From: Fidelibacterota bacterium
GTDB taxonomy: Bacteria > Fidelibacterota > Marinisomatia > SCGC-AAA003-L08 > GCA-002704045
NCBI GenBank assembly: GCA_002703375.1
Contig: NZTO01000062.1
Coordinates: forward strand, 1-47,142
DNA length: 47,142 nt
Direction: 5' to 3'
Of this stretch, positions 40,751 to 47,142 are shown one piece after another. Position numbers and translations under genes: made by a program. Every line of letters begins with the position of its first letter. The stretch's first letter is position 1. The notes below the pieces were generated by a model. The model saw only the letters and a program-made list of their open reading frames with translations, made no database searches and was not told where the DNA came from.

Positions 40751-41574
40751 TATAAATTATTCCTTATTATAATTAATGTTATCAAACCCATAATTATAGT
40801 TATTTTTTGTATTTTTTGCACGTATCTAAAATTAGATTTAATCTGATTCGTAAATAAGTAATATATGCAATAACTATTAGGTAAAATTACACCTAAATTT
40901 ATTGCTAATAAATATTTGTAATTACTAAAATGACTAAAGTATAAAGCAATTAACAATATATTAAAACTTAGCATTAAAAAAATTGACACTTTAATACTAA
41001 ACTTTCTTCCCATTAAAACTGGCATAGTTCTAATTTGAGAAATCGTATCTCCTTTTATATCTTCAATATCTTTAATAATTTCTCTTATTAACATTAAAAA
41101 TAATGATAAAAAAAAAGGCAAGATTGATATTTTTATATTTTCAAAAATAGAGACTTCTGCATAAACAAAAACCAACGCCACTAATAGACTTACAATGAAG
41201 TTTCCCAAAAAGGGTATACCCTTTAAAATCGGAGTATATAAAAAAATCAATGGAAGTACTATTAGCAATGATATAATTTGAGAATTTATATTCAACTGTA
41301 AAGAAGCTAAAACTCCAATAATAAGTAAAAGTATTAAACTTATATATATATATATAATTTGATCAGAATAGATTTTTTGTCTGTTATTCATTTTATCGGT
41401 TTTTTGATCAAAGAGATCATTGATAATATTACTTGAGGCTATAAAACATCCAACAACTATCAAAGTTAAAAATAGCGTTTTATTGAAAGAGAACGAGTTA
41501 AAAATTATTAAAACTGAACATATGCCAATAAATACATTCAAAGGTCGTATGAGATTAAATATAATATGTATCAT
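40750..41574 (-). CDS. UbiA-superfamily prenyltransferase, short form resembling the archaeal ether-lipid enzyme DGGGPS
   Basis: 274 aa, 7-8 TM. N-terminal LIRPLN; Asp-rich motif 1 NIINDLFDQKTD; motif 2 IIKDIEDIKGD followed by IRTMPVLMG. Confidence 0.7.
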   Translation of the reverse strand: MIHIIFNLIRPLNVFIGICSVLIIFNSFSFNKTLFLTLIVVGCFIASSNIINDLFDQKTDKMNNRQKIYSDQIIYIYISLILLLIIGVLASLQLNINSQIISLLIVLPLIFLYTPILKGIPFLGNFIVSLLVALVFVYAEVSIFENIKISILPFFLSLFLMLIREIIKDIEDIKGDTISQIRTMPVLMGRKFSIKVSIFLMLSFNILLIALYFSHFSNYKYLLAINLGVILPNSYCIYYLFTNQIKSNFRYVQKIQKITIIMGLITLIIIRNNL

Positions 41575-42446
41575 ATTAAATCTTTCATTATTTCAACGAC
41601 TCTATAAGATCCATTTAAATCTTTATGAAAAACTAAATTATATTTTTCGTCATTAAAAATTTTTCTTATACCTTGCAATTGATTTTCACCTCCAAATTCA
41701 ACAATAAATTTTCCTTTAGGTAAAACTATACTCTCAAAAATTTTATCAAATCTTTTATAAAATATTAATCCATTACTATTATCAGTTAAAGAATTATGTG
41801 GTTCATAATTTAAAATCTCACTATCTAAACCTTTTAATTCTTCTTTACTTATATAAGGTGGATTTGAAATAACAATATTAAATTTCTTATCAGGTATTTC
41901 ATTTATAATATCTATCTTTTTAAAAGATATGTTTTGACAATTATTTTTTGTTGCATTAGCTTTTGCTATATCTAAAATATTTTGGTATTTATCAATAGCA
42001 CAAATTTGCCTTGCTACTTTCTCTAATGATAGGGTTATGGCTAAGCAGCCTGATCCAGTACCTATATCTAATATAGAATCAACTTTATTGTTTTTAACTA
42101 TATCAATTATTGTTTCTGTTTCTGGTCTTGGAATAAGCACGTTTTCATTAACATAAAAATCTCTTCCATAAAAAGGTGCTCTATTTATTATATATTGAAA
42201 TGGTTCATTATTTAATCTTCGAATAATAAATGATTTAAATAATTTTAATTTTTGTTCATCTACTATTTGGTCAAACTTTAAATATAATTCTAACCTATCA
42301 CAGTTATAAATATGTGATAAAAACCATTCAGATTCTTTCCTACTATTTGGTATTAACTTTGATTTTAAATATTGATGTGACCATTTAATTAAATCAACTA
42401 TTCTCCAATCTCTATTTTGATTTAATTTATGAGATACTTTTTTCAA
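41571..42446 (-). CDS. prmC: Release-factor glutamine N5-methyltransferase
   Basis: SAM motif ILDIGTGSGCLA and catalytic ISNPPYI. It lies directly downstream of prfA. Confidence 0.9.
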   Translation of the reverse strand: MKKVSHKLNQNRDWRIVDLIKWSHQYLKSKLIPNSRKESEWFLSHIYNCDRLELYLKFDQIVDEQKLKLFKSFIIRRLNNEPFQYIINRAPFYGRDFYVNENVLIPRPETETIIDIVKNNKVDSILDIGTGSGCLAITLSLEKVARQICAIDKYQNILDIAKANATKNNCQNISFKKIDIINEIPDKKFNIVISNPPYISKEELKGLDSEILNYEPHNSLTDNSNGLIFYKRFDKIFESIVLPKGKFIVEFGGENQLQGIRKIFNDEKYNLVFHKDLNGSYRVVEIMKDLI

Positions 42447-42449
42447 TTT

Positions 42450-43511
42450 TTAAACACTTAATAATTGTTGTTTTCTTTCCTCGAGCTTTAAAGATTCATG
42501 TAATTCATTAAGATTACCATTAAGAACTTCCTCTAGTTTATATAAGGTTAAATTTATTCTGTGATCAGTTACCCTACCTTGTGGAAAATTATATGTTCTT
42601 ATTTTTGCACTTCTATCACCAGTTGAAACCATTGTTTTTCTCTGATCAGCGATTTTGCTTTGTTGTTCTTTTTGCTTAACTTCAAAAATCCTTGACCTTA
42701 AAACCTTCATGGCTTTTTCTTTATTTTTATATTGTGATTTTTCATCTTGACAGGTTACTACAATTTTTGATGGTAAATGTGTAATCCTAATTGCAGATTC
42801 AGTTTTATTTACATGTTGCCCTCCAGCACCTGATGCTCTATAAGTATCTATTTTAATATCTTCATCATTTATTATGACATCTACATCTTCAGCTTCAGGT
42901 AAAACTGCAACTGTTGCCGCACTTGTATGAACTCTGCCTCCAGATTCTGTTACAGGTATTCTCTGCACTCTATGTACACCACTCTCAAATTTCATTTCTC
43001 CATACACACCCTTACCTTGAATACTAATAATGGCTTCTTTTATTCCACCTGTTTCGGATCCATTTATATTCATAATTTCCGATTTCCAATTATTATTTTC
43101 TGAAAATCTTATATACATTCTGTATAAATCAGATGCAAATAAAGCTGCTTCCTCTCCTCCAGTTCCACCTCTAATTTCTATTATTATGTTTTTATCGTCG
43201 TTCTCATCTTTTGGCAGTAACAAAATTTTTATTTGGTTTTCAAGTTCATTTATATCTTTTTTTAATATAGAAATTTCTTCTTTTACTATATCAACTAATT
43301 CTTCATCATCTGATTTTAATAGTTCTTTATTTTCTTGAAGCTCTTTATCTTTTTTAAAATATTCTTGTGCAAGTTGATGTATTTCAATTAATGAATTGTG
43401 TTCTTTAGAAATGTTTTTAAATTGATCTTTATTTGTTATAACTTCTTGTTGGGTAAGCATTTCAGTTAATTGATTATATCTATCAATTATACCTTGCAAT
43501 TTATTCTTCAT
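42450..43511 (-). CDS. prfA: Peptide chain release factor 1
   Basis: RF1-type PVT tripeptide (RIPVTES) and GGQ motif [14 protein letters not shown]. Confidence 0.97.
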   Translation of the reverse strand: MKNKLQGIIDRYNQLTEMLTQQEVITNKDQFKNISKEHNSLIEIHQLAQEYFKKDKELQENKELLKSDDEELVDIVKEEISILKKDINELENQIKILLLPKDENDDKNIIIEIRGGTGGEEAALFASDLYRMYIRFSENNNWKSEIMNINGSETGGIKEAIISIQGKGVYGEMKFESGVHRVQRIPVTESGGRVHTSAATVAVLPEAEDVDVIINDEDIKIDTYRASGAGGQHVNKTESAIRITHLPSKIVVTCQDEKSQYKNKEKAMKVLRSRIFEVKQKEQQSKIADQRKTMVSTGDRSAKIRTYNFPQGRVTDHRINLTLYKLEEVLNGNLNELHESLKLEERKQQLLSV

Positions 43512-44491
43512 TAAGATATTGCTTCAGCTTTATATTTTTTGCCAATATAATCATTTAAATTATCACCAAATGCTTTTTTCAAGGCATAAATTGCAACTTC
43601 AACTTGATTATCAGTTGGTTTTTTTGTTGTTATATATTGTAACCAAATACCAGGCTTAGTCAAATACTTAAAAAATATTTTATCACTATTTCTTGCGCTT
43701 ATTTTTAGAAACTCATAACCCAACCCAGATACAATAGGTATAAATAGCAAATGTAATATAATTCTACTAAAAATATTTAAATCTCCAAAATTTTGAACAT
43801 AAATTGAATCAATAGTTGCATAAGTTAATATTGCTACCATCATTACAATGAACATGAAACTAGTACCGCATCTTGGGTGTTGAGTTGGAAAACTATATGT
43901 TTCTTTTACTTCTAAATTCTTACCAGATTCGAATGTATATACTGTTTTGTGTTCTGCTCCATGATACTTGAATAAATTTTGTACATCACTTAACCTGCTA
44001 ATTAATAATAAATATATTATAAAAAAGAGAATTCTAATTAAACCTGCAAATAAATTAAAAATAAACTCAGATTTATAAAAATCTGAATAATAATTTGTAA
44101 TAATGTAAGGAATGCCGAAAAAGATTGAAATAGCAAAAACTATTGCTAGTAAATTCATCAAAAAATCTAAATACTTATTCGTTTTTTCTTCTTCTGGCAT
44201 AGCTATCTCTGCTGACCATTGAAGAGTTTGAGTTCCAATTTTTAATGATTCGAATAAATGTATAGCACCTCTAACTACTGGTATATTTAAGTAATTATAT
44301 TTTTCTGTTAAAGGAATATACGTTTCCCTTTTGCATTCAATCTCACCTTTTGGATTTCTTACTGCTGTTGCATAATACCCAGGAACTCTCATCATTACAC
44401 CCTCAATAACAGCTTGACCGCCAACCAAAATTGATGATTTAGATACTAATATCAATAAAGAATTTCTTATTTGAATTAATAATTTTCTCAT
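43511..44491 (-). CDS. DUF1385-family membrane protein (YqhQ-like)
   Basis: 326 aa. [27 protein letters not shown]. It is commonly found next to prfA/prmC. Confidence 0.75.
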   Translation of the reverse strand: MRKLLIQIRNSLLILVSKSSILVGGQAVIEGVMMRVPGYYATAVRNPKGEIECKRETYIPLTEKYNYLNIPVVRGAIHLFESLKIGTQTLQWSAEIAMPEEEKTNKYLDFLMNLLAIVFAISIFFGIPYIITNYYSDFYKSEFIFNLFAGLIRILFFIIYLLLISRLSDVQNLFKYHGAEHKTVYTFESGKNLEVKETYSFPTQHPRCGTSFMFIVMMVAILTYATIDSIYVQNFGDLNIFSRIILHLLFIPIVSGLGYEFLKISARNSDKIFFKYLTKPGIWLQYITTKKPTDNQVEVAIYALKKAFGDNLNDYIGKKYKAEAIS

Positions 44492-44500
44492 TTATATGAA

Positions 44501-44527
44501 AATAGGGATTAACTTGTAATCCCTATT
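44501..44527 (-). terminator. Stem-loop between rpmE2 and the DUF1385-prfA genes (partial terminator or processing site)
   Basis: Perfect 11-bp inverted repeat AATAGGGATTA / TAATCCCTATT with a 5-nt loop. On the minus strand it is followed by TTTCATATAA and then the ATG at 44491. The U-tract is short. Confidence 0.5.
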
Positions 44528-44545
44528 CTTTTAATTTGTTTTAGA

Positions 44546-44803
44546 TTAATTTTCTTTTTTAAAATTATATTTTTGATTGAATTTTTCTATTCGCCCGGCA
44601 GTATCAATTAAATTTTGTTTACCAGTAAAATATGGATGAGATTTATCTGAAATCTCCATTTTGAAAAGAGGGTATTCTTTTCCATCTTCCCATTTTATTG
44701 TTTCGCTTGTTTTTACAGCTGATTTTGTTAAAAAAGAGTAATCACAAGAAATATCTTGAAATACTACAAATCTATATTCTTTAGGGTGGACGTCTTTTTT
44801 CAT
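44546..44803 (-). CDS. rpmE2: 50S ribosomal protein L31, type B (no CxxC zinc motif)
   Basis: MKKDVHPKEYRFVVFQD...HPYFTGKQ. Only one Cys, so it is the non-zinc paralogue type. ATGA overlap with rpmB. Confidence 0.9.
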   Translation of the reverse strand: MKKDVHPKEYRFVVFQDISCDYSFLTKSAVKTSETIKWEDGKEYPLFKMEISDKSHPYFTGKQNLIDTAGRIEKFNQKYNFKKEN

Positions 44804-45039
44804 AATATATCCTTTAACGTTAAACCTTTTTTTCTGAGATAAGGCATTAATCCGAGTTTATCAATAGTTTTAATTGCACTCGTTGAAATTTTTATTTTTA
44901 TATTTTTATTTAATTCAGGAACAAAAATACTTTTATTTTGAAGATTAGGAAGTTGTCTTCTTCTAGTTTTATTATTAGCATGAGAAACATTGTTTCCTGC
45001 TAATGGTTTTTTTCCTGTTATTTTACATTTTTTTGACAT
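44800..45039 (-). CDS. rpmB: 50S ribosomal protein L28
   Basis: MSKKCKITGKKPLAGNNVSHANNKTRRRQLPNLQ. Confidence 0.93.
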   Translation of the reverse strand: MSKKCKITGKKPLAGNNVSHANNKTRRRQLPNLQNKSIFVPELNKNIKIKISTSAIKTIDKLGLMPYLRKKGLTLKDIL

Positions 45040-45115
45040 AGTAATTTATTTTTTTTTTTTTAATCTAATATAGCCTAGTATTTTAATGATTTTTTATATT
45101 AATTCCAAAATAATA

Positions 45116-46300
45116 TTAATTTATTTGTGATAATATTTTTTCCATTTTCTCTAGCGATTTTTTAATATTTTGTTCAGATGCAGCATATGATAATCTTATA
45201 TTATTTCTTGCACCAAAACTATCTCCTGCAACAGTAACTATTGCTTCTTCATTTAATAAAAGCATTGATAAATCTGCTGCTGATTTAATTACCTTACTAT
45301 TATTTTCTTTTCCTATAAAATATTCAACATTAGGAAATACGTAAAATGCTCCTCCTGGACTATCACAGGTAACATTATCAATTGCATTTAAACCATTAAC
45401 AATTAAACTTCTTCTACTTTTGAAAATAGCTCTCATTTTTGACACAAATTTTTGATCTCCAATCAAAGCCTCTTTTGCTGCATATTGTGCAATAGAATTT
45501 GGACACGATGTGCTTTGTCCCTGTAATTTAGACATTGCTTTTATTACATCTTTATTGCCTACAGTATAACCTATTCTCCAACCTGTCATAGAATATGTTT
45601 TTGAACAACTTTGAAAAGTTAATATTTTGTCCGATTCTTTTGTTAAAGTTGCAATACTTGTAAATTTTTCATCATATGTTAGCTGTTCATAACACTCGTC
45701 AGAAAAAACCCATAAATCATATTTTTTTGCTATATCCAGTGTCTGAATCACTGCATCATTTGACCATACTCCTCCTGTGGGATTTGATGGAGAATTTATT
45801 ATAATTCCTTTTGTGTTTTTATTAATTTTGCTTTCTAGGTCTTTAAAATTAGGTTCATATTGTTTATCAGGATTAGTTTCTGCAAAAATTGGTTTTGCTC
45901 CAGTGACACTAACAAAGTCTGGAAAAGAAACCCAGTAAGGTGAGAAGATAATTACCTCATCACCTGATTGAAATAGAACTTGACAAGCATTGTAAAGAGA
46001 ATGTTTCCCCCCACAAGAAACTATTACTTCAGAAGGATCATAAAATAAATTATTATCTCTTGACAATTTTTCTGTTATTGCTTTTCTTAAATCTAAAATT
46101 CCTGCTCCTGGGGTATATTTTGTAAATCCCAAATCCATAGCTTTTTTTGCAGCGTTTAAAATATTTTCCGGAGTATTAAAATCAGGTTCTCCCACACTAA
46201 GATTAATAACATCTATATTTTTTGCTCTTAATTCTGCTGCCTTTGCAGTCATTGCTAATGTAGCAGACGGGTTTATTCTATTTATTCGATCAGCAAACAT
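45116..46300 (-). CDS. Class I PLP aminotransferase (aspartate/prephenate aminotransferase-like)
   Basis: 394 aa. INLSVGEPDF, NSPSNPTG, PLP-lysine region SCSKTYSMTGWRIGY, and the C-terminal R (IRLSYA). Confidence 0.85.
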   Translation of the reverse strand: MFADRINRINPSATLAMTAKAAELRAKNIDVINLSVGEPDFNTPENILNAAKKAMDLGFTKYTPGAGILDLRKAITEKLSRDNNLFYDPSEVIVSCGGKHSLYNACQVLFQSGDEVIIFSPYWVSFPDFVSVTGAKPIFAETNPDKQYEPNFKDLESKINKNTKGIIINSPSNPTGGVWSNDAVIQTLDIAKKYDLWVFSDECYEQLTYDEKFTSIATLTKESDKILTFQSCSKTYSMTGWRIGYTVGNKDVIKAMSKLQGQSTSCPNSIAQYAAKEALIGDQKFVSKMRAIFKSRRSLIVNGLNAIDNVTCDSPGGAFYVFPNVEYFIGKENNSKVIKSAADLSMLLLNEEAIVTVAGDSFGARNNIRLSYAASEQNIKKSLEKMEKILSQIN

Positions 46301-46302
46301 AT

Positions 46303-47142
46303 TTAATTATTCATCGAATCAAAAAACTCTCTATTGTTTTTTGTTCTTTTAAGTTTGTCCAATAAAAAATCCATTGCTTCCGCAGAACTCATATCAGACA
46401 ATAGTTTTCTAAGTACCCAAACTCTCGACAAGTCTTTTGGTCTCATTAATTTATCTTCTCTTCTAGTTCCAGACTTTCTAATGTCTATAGATGGGTAAAT
46501 TCTTTTTTCACTTAAATCTCTATCAAGTACAAGCTCCATATTACCTGTACCTTTAAATTCTTCAAAAATAACTTCATCCATCCTACTACCTGTGTTTACA
46601 AGTCCCGTTGCAATTATTGTTAAACTTCCTGATCCTTCTATATTTCTAGCAGCTCCGAAAAATCTTTTGGGTTTGTGCAAAGCATTAGAATCTACTCCTC
46701 CAGACAATATTTTTCCACTATGAGGAATAACCGTATTATGTGCCCTTGCTAATCTTGTTAATGAATCTAATAAAATTATAACATCATCTCCAGACTCTAC
46801 CATTCTTCTTGCTTTTTCAATAACCATTTCAGAAACTTGTACATGCCTTTCAGCAGGTTCATCAAATGTTGACGCTATCACTTCTGCATCTACACCTCTT
46901 TGCATTTCAGTAACCTCTTCGGGCCTTTCATCAATTAACAAAATTATTGCTTTTACTTCAGGGTGATTCTTAGTTATAGAATTAGCAATTTTTTGTAATA
47001 AAACTGTTTTCCCAGTTTTAGGTGATGCAACAATCAAACCCCTTTGTCCTTTTCCTATAGGTGATAATAAATCTATTATACGAGTAGAGTATTCTTTCGG
47101 ATGAATTTCTAAATTTAATTGCTCTTCAGGAAATAATGGAGT
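46303..47142 (-). CDS. rho: Transcription termination factor Rho, C-terminal about 279 codons; N-terminus lies beyond the right window edge
   Basis: The frame is open to nt 47142 ([46 protein letters not shown]), so the TTG start in the track is internal. Walker A ASPKTGKT and Walker B ILLDSLTR. Confidence 0.95.
   Translation of the reverse strand, partial: TPLFPEEQLNLEIHPKEYSTRIIDLLSPIGKGQRGLIVASPKTGKTVLLQKIANSITKNHPEVKAIILLIDERPEEVTEMQRGVDAEVIASTFDEPAERHVQVSEMVIEKARRMVESGDDVIILLDSLTRLARAHNTVIPHSGKILSGGVDSNALHKPKRFFGAARNIEGSGSLTIIATGLVNTGSRMDEVIFEEFKGTGNMELVLDRDLSEKRIYPSIDIRKSGTRREDKLMRPKDLSRVWVLRKLLSDMSSAEAMDFLLDKLKRTKNNREFFDSMNN

Noticed and set aside
41341-41354. A (TA)7 microsatellite.
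   Set aside because: It lies inside the UbiA-family ORF and simply encodes the hydrophobic IYIYI stretch. There is no evidence of phase-variable function.
5882-43338. About 27 short track ORFs (61-109 aa) lie antisense to, or out of frame within, long conserved genes: 5882-6151, 6588-6782, 8326-8589, 10224-10427, 11741-11983, 13753-14013, 16945-17154, 17752-17946, 19731-19976, 20242-20508, 20279-20575, 23782-24054, 25286-25471, 29888-30079, 34100-34300, 34678-34905, 36108-36305, 36565-36894, 36831-37046, 37593-37835, 38508-38723, 38730-38933, 39789-39989, 40339-40536, 41420-41656, 43030-43338.
   Set aside because: Each is fully or largely embedded in a gene with clear family motifs on the other strand or frame. 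Their translations are low-complexity F/I/L/S/K-rich strings, typical of shadow ORFs in AT-rich DNA. None has a recognisable motif or ribosome-binding site.
1-47142. A search for CRISPR repeats, tRNA/rRNA genes, IS elements or transposases, integrases, toxin-antitoxin pairs, restriction-modification systems or other defence systems.
   Set aside because: No intergenic gap exceeds about 150 nt and all gaps are extremely AT-rich, so none can hold a tRNA-like fold. I saw no regularly spaced repeats. No ORF has nuclease/ATPase/methylase combinations or recombinase motifs. The window appears to be core chromosome.

Overview
The window is strongly AT-rich (about 30% G+C by eye, not computed) and very gene-dense, consistent with a streamlined, probably marine, bacterial chromosome. 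The lineage cannot be assigned from sequence alone. I support 46 protein-coding genes, almost all housekeeping. They include rho, an aspartate aminotransferase, rpmB-rpmE2, DUF1385-prfA-prmC, a UbiA-family prenyltransferase, dnaE, dtd, pepP, mutY, plsC, dapF, tdh-kbl, coaBC, glyQS, topA, proS, recO, ltaE and rocD. The left end carries a secreted-protein cluster: a TPR protein, an S8 subtilisin and an M36-like metalloprotease. I recognised no rRNA, tRNA, CRISPR array, transposase/IS element, prophage or canonical defence system. The three places where the ORF track is empty all hide real genes. (1) 22265-22717 (-) is a complete Bcp-type peroxiredoxin whose only interruption is a TGA exactly at the peroxidatic Cys codon. 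It is probably a selenoprotein, and it sits divergent from a glutaredoxin. (2) 29298-29486 encodes the conserved N-terminus of DapF with no ATG/GTG/TTG start available, so an ATT start or reinitiation is likely. (3) 1-1950 (-) is an edge-truncated metalloprotease. Lesser observations are dockerin-like repeats on the subtilisin, a short prenyltransferase resembling the archaeal ether-lipid enzyme DGGGPS (digeranylgeranylglyceryl phosphate synthase) wedged between prmC and dnaE, an orphan B12-binding mutase subunit, two threonine-to-glycine routes, and a hairpin separating the ribosomal-protein genes from prfA. I found no clearly novel multi-gene system; the selenoprotein locus is the best candidate.
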